A DNA stretch of 64,000 nt from Elusimicrobiota bacterium (GCA_036574205.1 JAINCQ010000020.1:1-64000); one strand, 5' to 3'; numbered from the stretch's first letter, positions 49,494 through 60,377 are shown. Program-made: numbers and translations. The notes: generated from the letters alone by a model not told the origin.

Positions 49494-50927
49494 CTATATT
49501 TTTAAGTCCTTTGGATTTGAAGTCAGCCAGAACTCATAAATAATCCTTGTTACATACACAGAAGTAAACACACCTATTAAAAGGCCTATTGTTAAAGTTG
49601 TCGCAAATCCTTTAACAGGACCCGAACCAAATTGAAATAAAAACACACTTGTAATCCAAGTTGTCAGGTTTGAGTCAAATATGGCGCTCCAGGCTTTTTC
49701 ATAAGCGGTGGAAATAGTTATAGGTATAGGTTTTTTAAGTAATAATTCTTCTCTCATCCTTTCAAGTATAAGAACATTAGCATCAACTGCCATTGCCAAG
49801 CTCAATATCATGCCTGCTATTCCGGGCAAAGTCAATGTTGCATTGAAATATGATAAAGATGCAAGAAGAAAAAGGAAATTAAAAGCAAGAGCAATAGATG
49901 CAATAAATCCACCTCCTGAATAATAAATAATCATAAAAATAACCACAAAAGAAAATCCGATAAGACTTGCTCTTAAACCTTTTCTAATAGAATCTTCTCC
50001 AAGCGTAGGACCAACAACTCTTTTCTCTATTATTTTAACAGGAGCTGGTAAAGCACCGCTTCTTAAAACCAGAGCAATATCTCTTGCTTCCTCCATAGTA
50101 AAATTTCCTTCAATTATGCCTTTGCCTCCTGTTATTTTTGTTTTAATTCTGGGGGCTGTATAGACAACATCATCAAGTACTATAGCAAGAAATCTTCCAA
50201 CATTTTTGCCAGTATAATCCTCAAATATCTTTCCACCCTCTTTATTAAAAGAAAATGCTATATATGGCATCCCAAATTGAGAATCAGTTTGAACCCTTGC
50301 ATTTTCAAGATATGCACCCGTTACTACAATAGAAGACTCAAGGACATAATATTTTACCTCAGATGTGCCTTCCTCTGATTTTCCTTTAAGTATAGTTAGA
50401 TTTTTGGGAAGCATTTTAGCTATATATGGGTCTATTGCTCCTGTATTATCTATTGCAGGTCTATCAAGCTTTGAAATTTCAGAAAGAATATTTGCGCTGG
50501 TAGTGGATTCATCAACAAGCATAAATTTAAGTTGAGCAGTTTTACCTATTAAAGCCTCAGCCTGTTCTGTTTTAGATATTCCAGGCAGATCAACACTAAT
50601 CCATCTATCTCCAACTTTTGCTATTGGTGTTTCAGCTATTCCATAAGCATCAACCCTATTTCTAACTATCTCTATTGCTCTTTGCATAGCATCCTGCAAT
50701 TTTTCATTTTTATCAAGTTTATCTATCTCAAGCTCAAGTAAAAGGTGTGTGCCACCTCTTAAGTCAAGCCCCAAATTAAGTATATGTTTAGGTCTTTGTT
50801 TCATTGCTTCTAATTTTTCTCTTTCCAAAGCAGATTTAAAATACCAATCAAAAGTTGGATAAAGTAGAAACAATGAAATTATTATCAGTCCTATCACTAA
50901 AGACATTTTCCAGTGAAGCGCTTTCAT
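49494..50927 (-). CDS. secD: Protein translocase subunit SecD
   Basis: LGLDLRGG, LRSGALPAP, VGPTLG, AVDANVLILER, GPVKGFATTL. Confidence 0.96.
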   Translation of the reverse strand: MKALHWKMSLVIGLIIISLFLLYPTFDWYFKSALEREKLEAMKQRPKHILNLGLDLRGGTHLLLELEIDKLDKNEKLQDAMQRAIEIVRNRVDAYGIAETPIAKVGDRWISVDLPGISKTEQAEALIGKTAQLKFMLVDESTTSANILSEISKLDRPAIDNTGAIDPYIAKMLPKNLTILKGKSEEGTSEVKYYVLESSIVVTGAYLENARVQTDSQFGMPYIAFSFNKEGGKIFEDYTGKNVGRFLAIVLDDVVYTAPRIKTKITGGKGIIEGNFTMEEARDIALVLRSGALPAPVKIIEKRVVGPTLGEDSIRKGLRASLIGFSFVVIFMIIYYSGGGFIASIALAFNFLFLLASLSYFNATLTLPGIAGMILSLAMAVDANVLILERMREELLLKKPIPITISTAYEKAWSAIFDSNLTTWITSVFLFQFGSGPVKGFATTLTIGLLIGVFTSVYVTRIIYEFWLTSNPKDLKI

Positions 50928-50954
50928 ATATACTCCTTTTTAGATATAAGATAT

Positions 50955-51230
50955 TTAACTATTTAAAACTGTGGTTATTGCAGATTTTAAAGCAGTTACT
51001 TTAACATTTTTAGAGATTTCAAGCTCTATCTCAGAGTCTTTTATTGAAACAACAGTACCTATTAAGCCCCCTACGGTAATAACCCTATCTCCGGATTTAA
51101 TGTTTTCAAGCATTTTTTGTCTTTCTTTTGCCTGTTTTTGTTGCGGCCTTATTAAAAGGAAATAAAATATAACTATCATTATTATAAAAGGAAACATTTG
51201 AGCTAAAATACCTGGTTGAGATGAGTTCAT
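50955..51230 (-). CDS. yajC: Preprotein translocase subunit YajC
   Basis: FYFLLIRPQQK, GDRVITVGGLIG. Confidence 0.95.
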   Translation of the reverse strand: MNSSQPGILAQMFPFIIMIVIFYFLLIRPQQKQAKERQKMLENIKSGDRVITVGGLIGTVVSIKDSEIELEISKNVKVTALKSAITTVLNS

Positions 51231-51261
51231 CTTCTCCTCCTGATTTTAAAATACACTTATT

Positions 51262-51270
51262 ATTTTATCA
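51262..51270 (-). promoter_or_regulatory. Extended -10 internal promoter for yajC-secDF
   Basis: Minus-strand TGATAAAAT upstream of the AGGAGG RBS of yajC. Confidence 0.45.
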
Positions 51271-51302
51271 TATTTAGAAAATAAATAATATTATGAAATG
51301 GA

Positions 51303-52436
<1,134 letters not shown>

Positions 52437-52453
52437 TTAATCCTCATTATTAT

Positions 52454-53500
52454 TTAAATTATCAAACAGGAATCTCCATAGGAATAAAATCTATATTTTT
52501 CCTTAACCGCTTCTTTATATGCTTTAAACAAAAGTTCTTTACCACAAAAAGCGGCTGTCATATAAAGAGGGGGAGAATCCGGAACATGAAAGTTTGTTAT
52601 AAAAGCATCAGCTACAGAAAATTTATGTCCAATACTTATAAATATATCTGTTTCGGTTTCTCCCGCTTTTACAAATCCATCTCTGGTTTTCATTTTTTCA
52701 ATCGTTCTCATTGTAGAGGTTCCAACCGCAAAAATTCTTTTTCCATTTTTTTTAGTTTCATTAATTATATCTGCTGCGGCAGGTAATATCCTGCAATATT
52801 CACCGGGCATAACAAAATTTTCAGGATCTTCCCTTACCATTTTAAAAGTTCCCCATCCAATATGAAGCAATATTTTTACCACTTTAACACCCTTAGATGA
52901 TATTAAATTAAGAAGTTCTTCTGAAAAATGAAATCCAGCAGTTGGAGCTGCAACAGAACCGGGCTCTTTTGCAAAAACAGTTTGATATCTTAGATCATCT
53001 TCATAAAAACTGTTTTTTTCTTCGATCTTTTTCCTTCTTTTTTCTATGTAAGCTGGAAGGGGAATTTTACCATACTTTAAAATATAATCATCAGTTATTG
53101 GGGATTCAAAATAAAAAACAAAACTTCCATCATCTTTTTTTTTAATTTCAAGTATTTTTATTCCACCTTCAAGAAAATATTTTTTTGACGGATTTATCTT
53201 TTTAGAAAGGGCAATCCAACTTTTACCATCCTCCCCAATTTTTTTTAAAAGAAGTATATCTTTTTTATTCCCCATCTCATCAGTTAAATATATTTTATTT
53301 TTCACAACCATTGTCTCATTTAAAATGATACAATCCCCGGGATTTAAATAATTTATTATATCGTAAAAAAATGAATGTTTTATAGTTTTGTCTTTTCTGT
53401 TTATAATCATCAATCTTGAATTATCTCTTTTTTCAAGAGGAAAAGGAGCTATTAAATCAGATATTTCAAGTTCTCTGAACTCGCTTAATTCAGTTGCCAT
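52454..53500 (-). CDS. queA: S-adenosylmethionine:tRNA ribosyltransferase-isomerase
   Basis: PLPAYI, YQTVFA, GSVAAPTAGFHF, VGTSTMR, YRFYSYGD; ATG 53500 preferred. Confidence 0.95.
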   Translation of the reverse strand: MATELSEFRELEISDLIAPFPLEKRDNSRLMIINRKDKTIKHSFFYDIINYLNPGDCIILNETMVVKNKIYLTDEMGNKKDILLLKKIGEDGKSWIALSKKINPSKKYFLEGGIKILEIKKKDDGSFVFYFESPITDDYILKYGKIPLPAYIEKRRKKIEEKNSFYEDDLRYQTVFAKEPGSVAAPTAGFHFSEELLNLISSKGVKVVKILLHIGWGTFKMVREDPENFVMPGEYCRILPAAADIINETKKNGKRIFAVGTSTMRTIEKMKTRDGFVKAGETETDIFISIGHKFSVADAFITNFHVPDSPPLYMTAAFCGKELLFKAYKEAVKEKYRFYSYGDSCLII

Positions 53501-54647
53501 AACCAAGTTTTTCAAAATCTATAATTTTAGAACCGGGATAATAAAAACTAAGTATTTTTTTATAATTATAACCCTTATCTGCCATAAATCTTGCTCCATC
53601 CTGACATAACCCAACACCATGACCCCATCCTTTTCCATAAAACTTATAGCCGCTAGCAAGTTTTTCTATCTTTGTGATAAATGTGCTTTTTAAATCATAA
53701 GTTCCTATAAAGTTTCTAAAATCTTTAGCCTCCAATTTAATATTTCCCCTGTCAGTTTTAAAAAGTAACTTTATTGCCCTTCCAGATCGGTCTTTTGAAT
53801 ATATCTTAATATCCTTTACCTTTGTTGCTCCATATCCGTTTTTATTTATGAATCTTAAAATATCTAAGTTCGTAATATATATATACCATTTTGCATTCCT
53901 GGAGTATTTATAATAAGGATCGGATACGCCTTTAAGAGGCAAAATTACGTTTGAATTCCACGCTCCACTAGGGGTTGTTGTATGTCCACCAGAATTTGCA
54001 TGATAATAAGCATAAAATATATCATCTTTATATGAAAGAACCTCTCCACGTGTTTCATTGACTGCAGAGATTATCTGAGGAGATATATTTTCAAACCCTG
54101 TGTATACCTGATGGGATGTAGTATTTGTCATATCATACTCTGCATTTTTATCAATAGATTTCAATGTATATGTTCTTGCCGCCACAGCCTGTGCTTTTAA
54201 TGCTTCTATAGGCCAGCTTACTCCCATCTCAGGTCCTAAAACACCCCATAGATATCTTTCTAAATCTACATACTCTATTACGTTTATATATCCATTTTTA
54301 TTTAAGAATTTAAATTTTCCACGATATTTCTTATCATTAATAATCAAATAACTTGATGGATTATTGCTTTCAATATATATTGGAGAAAGAACTTTTTCAT
54401 CTGTTATAAGCAAAAAATTATCACCTTGTGGAATTATCTCATAATTAGAATTTTCCAGAAGAATATATTTTTCTTTAGTTTTTTCTTCATAAACATAAAC
54501 CGATCCAAATGTTTTTATGTTCACTTTTGAAACCCCTTTCTCAATAAGTATCCTTACCTCAATAGATTTAGAAATACCATCAGCGCTAAAAATAAAGCTA
54601 GATGAAAAGAAGTAAAAAATAAAAAAAAATTCAAAAAAGAGTTTCAT
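53490..54647 (-). CDS. SpoIID/LytB domain lytic transglycosylase
   Basis: LERYLWGVLGPEM, EALKAQAVAARTY, QVYTG, GWGHGVGLCQDGA, ILSFYYPG. Confidence 0.93.
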   Translation of the reverse strand: MKLFFEFFFIFYFFSSSFIFSADGISKSIEVRILIEKGVSKVNIKTFGSVYVYEEKTKEKYILLENSNYEIIPQGDNFLLITDEKVLSPIYIESNNPSSYLIINDKKYRGKFKFLNKNGYINVIEYVDLERYLWGVLGPEMGVSWPIEALKAQAVAARTYTLKSIDKNAEYDMTNTTSHQVYTGFENISPQIISAVNETRGEVLSYKDDIFYAYYHANSGGHTTTPSGAWNSNVILPLKGVSDPYYKYSRNAKWYIYITNLDILRFINKNGYGATKVKDIKIYSKDRSGRAIKLLFKTDRGNIKLEAKDFRNFIGTYDLKSTFITKIEKLASGYKFYGKGWGHGVGLCQDGARFMADKGYNYKKILSFYYPGSKIIDFEKLGYGN

Positions 54648-55644
54648 TTTTTTTAGCTACAATGCCAAGATGTTTATATGATTTTTCGGTAAGTATTCTA
54701 CCTCGCGGAGTCCTTTGTAGAAAGCCAGATTTTATAAGATATGGCTCTATAACATCAGCTATAGTGTCAATTTCTTCTGAAAGAGCAACAGCAATATTTT
54801 CTATTCCAACAGGTCCGCCATTAAATTTTTCTGCTATTGTTTTAAGCAGCATTCTATCAAGATTATCAAGTCCCTGTGAATCTATCTCCATAGCTTGAAG
54901 AGAAGAAGCAGCTATATCTTTCGTAATCACCCCATCTCCTTTTATTTCAGCAAAATCCCTTATTCTTTTCAACAACCTATTTGCTATCCTTGGAGTTCCG
55001 CGGGAGCGCCTCGCTATTTCCATAATACCATCTTGTGTGGTTTTAATTTTTAATATAGATGCTGAACGCTTTATTATTTCTCCTATTTCACTTTCATCAT
55101 AAAAACCAAGATTCTCTATAATTCCAAATCTATCCCTTAAAGGAGTAGTTAAAAGTCCACTTCTTGTGGTAGCTCCTATTATAGTAATTCTGGGAGTTTT
55201 TATCTTCAATGTTGTAGCCCCAACTCCTTTTCCAGTATTTATAAAAAAATAAAAATCTTCCATAACAGGATAAAGCGCTTCTTCAACTGAAACATTTAAT
55301 CTATGTATTTCATCTATAAAAAGAACATCTCCATCAGAAAGTTCGCTTGTCAAAGTAGCAGCAAGATCGCCCGGTTTTGTAAGAACAGGACCCGATATTA
55401 CTTTTATATTTACTCCCAATTCATTGGCTATTATATAAGAAAGTGTCGTTTTGCCAAGACCCGGGGGGGCGTAAAAAAGGCAATGATCAAGTGGTTGTTT
55501 CCTTTTCCTGGCAGCTTCTATATAGACCCGCATATTTTCTTTCATTTTTTTTTGTCCAATAAATTCATCCAGAGTCTTTGGTCTTAAAGAATATTCAAAA
55601 GCTTCTTCCTCTGGATTAAGATTTTTATTGTATATATAATCCAT
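54631..55644 (-). CDS. ruvB: Holliday junction helicase RuvB
   Basis: LRPKTLDEFIGQ, PPGLGKTT, FIDEIHR, SRGTPRIANRLL, TPRGR. Confidence 0.98.
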   Translation of the reverse strand: MDYIYNKNLNPEEEAFEYSLRPKTLDEFIGQKKMKENMRVYIEAARKRKQPLDHCLFYAPPGLGKTTLSYIIANELGVNIKVISGPVLTKPGDLAATLTSELSDGDVLFIDEIHRLNVSVEEALYPVMEDFYFFINTGKGVGATTLKIKTPRITIIGATTRSGLLTTPLRDRFGIIENLGFYDESEIGEIIKRSASILKIKTTQDGIMEIARRSRGTPRIANRLLKRIRDFAEIKGDGVITKDIAASSLQAMEIDSQGLDNLDRMLLKTIAEKFNGGPVGIENIAVALSEEIDTIADVIEPYLIKSGFLQRTPRGRILTEKSYKHLGIVAKKNETLF

Positions 55645-56259
55645 TTAAACCCCTGATAATTTTTTAAGTGAAAGCTTTATTAAATCCTCTATATTTATAT
55701 TTTTATCTTTAAACTCTTCTCCCACAGTATTAACAGCCATACGAGCATCAGAAAGTTTATATCCAAGACCGACCAGAGCGTTTATTGCTGTTTCATAATG
55801 TTTGGAAAAAACTGTAAAAGAATATTTAGATTGCTCTTCTGTTTCAAGTCTGTCAACCTTATCTTTAAGAGAATCAATTATTTTTTGGGCGGTTTTAGGA
55901 GTAAAGCCAAAAAGATTTTTCAAAGTCTTAATATCCTGAGTTTTAATAGCTTTTTTAAAATCAGAGACAGATTTCAGTATTTTATTAAGATAATCCATTG
56001 CCTTTTTAGCTCCTGTATCTGGAACCGAATCGCAAAGTAAATTAAAAATTACTTTCTCACTGAGACTTAAAAATCCATACATCTTTCCGCCTTCATAAGG
56101 GCTGAAAGAATTATGAATATAAAACTCACATATTGAATTTATTGAAATTTTTGAAATATCAAAGTCGCATAAAAAGATTTCCCATCCTATTCCATTATTT
56201 TCTACCAAAACGTTATTGCCAGAAATATTTATTACTTTTCCCTTAAGATAGGATATCAT
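55645..56259 (-). CDS. ruvA: Holliday junction protein RuvA
   Basis: MISYLKG, GIGWEI, MYGF, ALVGLGY; between ruvC and ruvB. Confidence 0.9.
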   Translation of the reverse strand: MISYLKGKVINISGNNVLVENNGIGWEIFLCDFDISKISINSICEFYIHNSFSPYEGGKMYGFLSLSEKVIFNLLCDSVPDTGAKKAMDYLNKILKSVSDFKKAIKTQDIKTLKNLFGFTPKTAQKIIDSLKDKVDRLETEEQSKYSFTVFSKHYETAINALVGLGYKLSDARMAVNTVGEEFKDKNINIEDLIKLSLKKLSGV

Positions 56260-56741
56260 AATAAAATACCTGTTGAACGCATCCTTATATCCACAAGTGC
56301 TATTGCTATTGCATCAGCTATATCAGGATAAATAGTATTTTTAATTGAAAAAAGGGTTCTAATTACATTTTGAATCTGTTTTTTGTTAGCGTTTCCATTG
56401 CCAGTTATATTTTGCTTTATGGTTTTAGGATTATATTCTTTATATTCTATTCCCAAGTTTTCAAGAGCAAGCAGTATCACTCCCCGAGCGTGAATTGTAA
56501 GGCTTTGAGTTTTGATTTTATTTATAAAAAAAACTTCTTCTATAGCTGCGCAATCAACGTTAAACTCCATTATTTTTTTAGTCAGCTGTTCATATATAAC
56601 TTTTAGTCTTTTTGAAAGAATCATATTATGTGGAGTTTTTATAAGACCAAAATCTTTGAGCATAATTTTATTTTTTTCAGATGAGAGAACAGCCCATCCA
56701 GTGTCTTCAAGCCCGGGATCTATTCCTATTACTGTCTTCAT
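56256..56741 (-). CDS. ruvC: Crossover junction endonuclease RuvC
   Basis: GIDPG, AIEEVFF, ARGV, GNGNANK, DIADAIAIA. Confidence 0.95.
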   Translation of the reverse strand: MKTVIGIDPGLEDTGWAVLSSEKNKIMLKDFGLIKTPHNMILSKRLKVIYEQLTKKIMEFNVDCAAIEEVFFINKIKTQSLTIHARGVILLALENLGIEYKEYNPKTIKQNITGNGNANKKQIQNVIRTLFSIKNTIYPDIADAIAIALVDIRMRSTGILL

Positions 56742-57502
56742 TATTCTTTTATAAGTTTATCAAGTAATTCTGAAGGTATATCAAAATTAGAAAAAACATT
56801 TTTTACATCATCATGATTTTCAAGCTCATCCATCATAGTAACTATCTTTTCTGCCAGCTCAGCATCTGAAACTTTAACCTCATTTTTAGGTATCATTGTG
56901 GCTTCCGCAGAAGAAACATTTATTTTTCTTTCAATAAGTTTATTTTTAATTTCTTCAACCTTATCAGGAGAAACAAAAATTTCATAAAACTCAGTATCCG
57001 GTTCATTTTTAATATCTTCCGCTCCTACATCTAATGCTATATTAAAAAGATCATCTTCAGAAATAGAATTTTTAGGAACTGTTATATATCCTCTTCTTTC
57101 AAAAATCCAGCTAACACAACCAGTAGTTCCCATATTTCCGCCATGTCGTTCAAGTATAACTCTGAGTTCATTAAAAGTCCTATTTTTATTATCAGTTGTT
57201 GCATCAATCATTACAGCAATACCAGCTGGTCCATAACCTTCATAAGTTATTTCTTCATAAACGGCTCCTGGTATCTGTCCAGTTCCTCTCATTATTGCTC
57301 TTTTAACATTATCAAGCGGCATATTTACTTCTTTCGCGTCATCAATAGCCTTTCTCAATCTTGGATTTTTGTCTGGGTCTCCACCACCCATTTTTGCAGC
57401 AACTGTTATTTCCTTTATTAATTTTGTATAAATTTTGCCTTTTTTTGCATCATTTGCAGCTTTCTTATGTTTAATTCCAGCCCAATGCGAATGTCCACCC
57501 AT
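56741..57502 (-). CDS. yebC: YebC/PmpR family protein
   Basis: MGGHSHWAGIKHKK, YEGYGPAG, TDNKNRT, DDVKNVFSN. Confidence 0.96.
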   Translation of the reverse strand: MGGHSHWAGIKHKKAANDAKKGKIYTKLIKEITVAAKMGGGDPDKNPRLRKAIDDAKEVNMPLDNVKRAIMRGTGQIPGAVYEEITYEGYGPAGIAVMIDATTDNKNRTFNELRVILERHGGNMGTTGCVSWIFERRGYITVPKNSISEDDLFNIALDVGAEDIKNEPDTEFYEIFVSPDKVEEIKNKLIERKINVSSAEATMIPKNEVKVSDAELAEKIVTMMDELENHDDVKNVFSNFDIPSELLDKLIKE

Positions 57503-57591
57503 AACTGTTCCTCCTTAATTTATCGCAATATCTTACTATACAGACTAATATTTATTTTATAAAATATAATCTTATTTTACAAACTGTCCGT

Positions 57592-57664
57592 GCCCCCTTA
57601 GCTCAAAGGATAGAGCAGCTGCCTTCGAAGCAGTCGGTTAGAGGTTCGAGTCCTCTAGGGGGCA
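57592..57664 (+). tRNA. tRNA-Arg(TCG), CCA not encoded
   Basis: Acceptor stem GCCCCCT/AGGGGGC, anticodon arm GCTGC-CTTCGAA-GCAGT, T arm AGAGG-TTCGAGT-CCTCT. Confidence 0.95.
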
Positions 57665-57677
57665 TGCTGGTACTGAC

Positions 57678-58028
57678 CAACAGCGGTAAGCTGTTGCGCG
57701 AGGTGAGAACAGCCTTTAGAGCAAAACCTAAACGGTTTTGCGTGCTGTTCGCAAGGCCGCAGTTTGCCTTGGGCTATGCAGGCAAACGAGGCGGGGTCGC
57801 GCAAGCCGTCAGGGCTATGCGTGACAGAACAGCCTTTAGAGCAAAACCTAAACGGTTTTGCGTGCTGTTCGCAAGGCCGCAGTTTGCCTTGGGCTATGCA
57901 GGCAAACGAGGCGGGGTCGCGCAAAGCCCACCAGGCTTATGCGTGACTCGAAAGCCCGCAGGCAAACTTGGGCATACAGTTTGCCGAGGGGGAAGGGTTT
58001 GAGAAAAATTTTGCAGTGAGCAAAATTT
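57678..58028 (+). ncRNA. Candidate structured RNA or non-autonomous element downstream of tRNA-Arg
   Basis: Chain of at least nine hairpins; 69 of 120 bases are G+C in 57721-57840 within an AT-rich window; arm-swapped hairpin variant at 57961-57985. Confidence 0.45.
57706..57947 (+). repeat. 120-bp tandem direct repeat of a three-hairpin unit
   Basis: 57706-57804 is identical to 57826-57924; the copies diverge only in the third hairpin's inner stem-loop. Confidence 0.95.
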
Positions 58029-58061
58029 ATTTGTAGAAAAGTTCCTTTTAAATATTAAAAT

Positions 58062-58216
58062 CCCTTCCCCCTTGATGGGGGAAGGTGAGGATGAGGGTGA
58101 AATAATTAAATCTCCTTGCTGATGCTTATGTTTCCTCTCACTTGATAGGAGAAGAATAAGGTGAGGGTGAAAAATAAAATCTCCTCACCCTAACCCTCTC
58201 CAAAAAAGGAGAGGGA
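58062..58216. repeat. Three boxC/REP-like palindromic elements
   Basis: CCTTCCCCC-TTGAT-GGGGGAAGG+TGAGGATGAGGGTGA (58063-58100); degenerate copy at 58132-58170; inverted copy CCTCACCCTAACCCTCTCC-A6-GGAGAGGG (58183-58215). Confidence 0.75.
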
Positions 58217-58352
58217 ATATAACAATTAAACCGTCCCGGAAGGTAATACTCAAAAGTCTGCAGCAAAATATTTAATACAACAAACCCCATTTTTTTGAAT
58301 TGCTCATATATTAATGCCTCATAAAACAAGATGTTTTGTATAATATTTTAAT

Positions 58353-60377
58353 ATGAAAAATATTTTAGTATTCTTAATCATAGTCTTCCATTATTCTTTT
58401 TTAACTGCAGTTGAAGATTTAAACAAAATATATGAGGGAGCTGTAAATTCTTGGAAACACGGCAGGGTATCAGATGCAATTGGCGGATTTGAATATATTG
58501 TTTATAATTCAACAGATGATGATATAACACTCAAGGCAGGAAGGGAACTGGTAACGCTTTTAAATGAAACGAATGAAAACTCTCTTGCTATCGCATATAT
58601 AGATAAATTAAAAGCTATTTCCAAAAATGATCCATATCTTGAATTTGAAAAGGGGATTGCTCTTTATTCCTTAAATAAATATAAACAGGCTGAGGAATCT
58701 TTTGATAACATTTTTACTATGACATCAGATGAAGATCTGATATTTTTTTCAAGATTTATAAAATCAATGCTTGAAATGGATTTAAGTGGTTATGAAAAAG
58801 CATTGGATGAACTTCAGACTGTTTATAAAAGATATCCTGCGCTTCTTGCGCCGTCAACATATATGGTTTCTTATCTATATAAAAAACTTGGGAAAAAAAT
58901 GCCAGCTTTAAATTTCTTGAAAGACTCCTTAAAATACGATTCTCAAAACATTCAGGCTTTAATAGATTTAGCGCAAATCTATGATGATGCATCTTACTAC
59001 TTACCTGCCTGGCAGTCATATTTCACATTAAAACAATTAGACTATACAAATCCATATTTTGAAAAAAAATCTAATAAGCTTATAAAAAAACTTGGGAAAA
59101 AACCTGATGAAATATTTTACTGGTCAAGGCTTGGCTGGCCGGTGCATAACGAACCGCTTAAAAACACAAAAAAACTAACACCATTAAAAATAGGATTATA
59201 CTGCGATAATTTAAAAAATCTTTCTTACCTTGATTCATTTTATTTTATATCCAACTCAGATTTTGAAATCTATGATAGTGTTTTAGGTAAAACATTTTCA
59301 GGTAAAAAAAATATGCAATATAAAGTTGAGTATATAAAGTCCAACAGGATATATGAACTTAAAGATAACTCAAATTCAAAACTATACTCCACACGTGTTA
59401 ATTTTGAAATAAGACTTAAAGATCCAAATGGGGTTATCCTTATCAAAAACCCATCTATTCTAAAAGATTTCTTTGGGGTTAACAGAAGCGATAAAGAGGT
59501 CTCTAATAAGATAGAGATTATCGTTTCAACAACTGGAATGAAATTAATAAATCATACTTATTTAGAACATATACTCCCATCAATTGTCTCTTCTATAAAA
59601 GGACCAAAAGAAACATATGAGGTTATAAAAGCGCTTACAATACTTGTAAGAACAAAATTAACTAAGGATATAACGGAGAAAAAAACATATATACCTGACA
59701 ATGATGATTTATTTGAATTTAAAGGTTTACAATATGAAAAAGAACAATATGTATCTGCCATGAATGAGACAGCTGATAGTATTTTGATAGATAAAAATTC
59801 ATCTATTTACAATGTTTTTTACTCCATAAACGCAGCAGGAATGACATACTCAAATGTAAATGATAATTCATCAAAACCAGAATATATTACGCCATTTTCA
59901 CTTTTTAAATGGTTAGCATTTGATTTCTTAAAAAAACCAGCATACTCTCTTCCCATAGATCAAACCCAGCTTTCTGAAGCTATATGGCTTTTGGTTCTTG
60001 AACCAAAATGGATTGAAGATAGGATAAATGAAAAGTATAAAGTTGGTAAGATAAAAAACATAATAGTTTTAAAAAGAGATGATTTTGGTATAGTAAAATC
60101 TATTAAAATAGAAGGGACAGCCGCTGATATTGAAATAAATGGAGAAAAGGAGATATCGAGATTTATTTCAGGGGGGGTATTAAGGTCAAATCTTTTTTTT
60201 ATAAGACCAATTATGAAAGGCAATTTTCCACGCTTTTTTATTGTAAGAGGTGCAGGAACAGGTAATTTTAAAGGAATGTGTATATATGGCGCAAATTACC
60301 TTGCCAAAAATATGGGCTATAAATATAATCAAATAATAAGACACTACTTCCCGGATGCAGTATTAAAGGAAAAATGA
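58353..60377 (+). CDS. Exported TPR protein with a degenerate SpoIID/LytB domain
   Basis: Signal peptide, N-terminal TPR helices, C-terminal YLEHILPSIV, IKALTILVRT, GAGTGNFKGMCIYGA, IIRHYFP. Confidence 0.75.
   Translation: MKNILVFLIIVFHYSFLTAVEDLNKIYEGAVNSWKHGRVSDAIGGFEYIVYNSTDDDITLKAGRELVTLLNETNENSLAIAYIDKLKAISKNDPYLEFEKGIALYSLNKYKQAEESFDNIFTMTSDEDLIFFSRFIKSMLEMDLSGYEKALDELQTVYKRYPALLAPSTYMVSYLYKKLGKKMPALNFLKDSLKYDSQNIQALIDLAQIYDDASYYLPAWQSYFTLKQLDYTNPYFEKKSNKLIKKLGKKPDEIFYWSRLGWPVHNEPLKNTKKLTPLKIGLYCDNLKNLSYLDSFYFISNSDFEIYDSVLGKTFSGKKNMQYKVEYIKSNRIYELKDNSNSKLYSTRVNFEIRLKDPNGVILIKNPSILKDFFGVNRSDKEVSNKIEIIVSTTGMKLINHTYLEHILPSIVSSIKGPKETYEVIKALTILVRTKLTKDITEKKTYIPDNDDLFEFKGLQYEKEQYVSAMNETADSILIDKNSSIYNVFYSINAAGMTYSNVNDNSSKPEYITPFSLFKWLAFDFLKKPAYSLPIDQTQLSEAIWLLVLEPKWIEDRINEKYKVGKIKNIIVLKRDDFGIVKSIKIEGTAADIEINGEKEISRFISGGVLRSNLFFIRPIMKGNFPRFFIVRGAGTGNFKGMCIYGANYLAKNMGYKYNQIIRHYFPDAVLKEK

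Noticed and set aside
57706..57947. CRISPR array interpretation of the tandem repeat
   Set aside because: Only two long identical units, no unique spacers between short repeats, and no cas genes
57655..58002. ORFs 57664..58002 (+), 57655..57924 (-) and 57764..57946 (+)
   Set aside because: They overlap or abut the tRNA 3' end or lie within the repeat, lack an RBS, and stay open because the GC-rich 120-bp repeat is a multiple of three; the hairpins explain the sequence better
58138..58329. 63-aa minus-strand ORF over the boxC-like repeats
   Set aside because: Its C-terminus is simply the translated palindromes (PSPFLERVRVR); no other coding evidence
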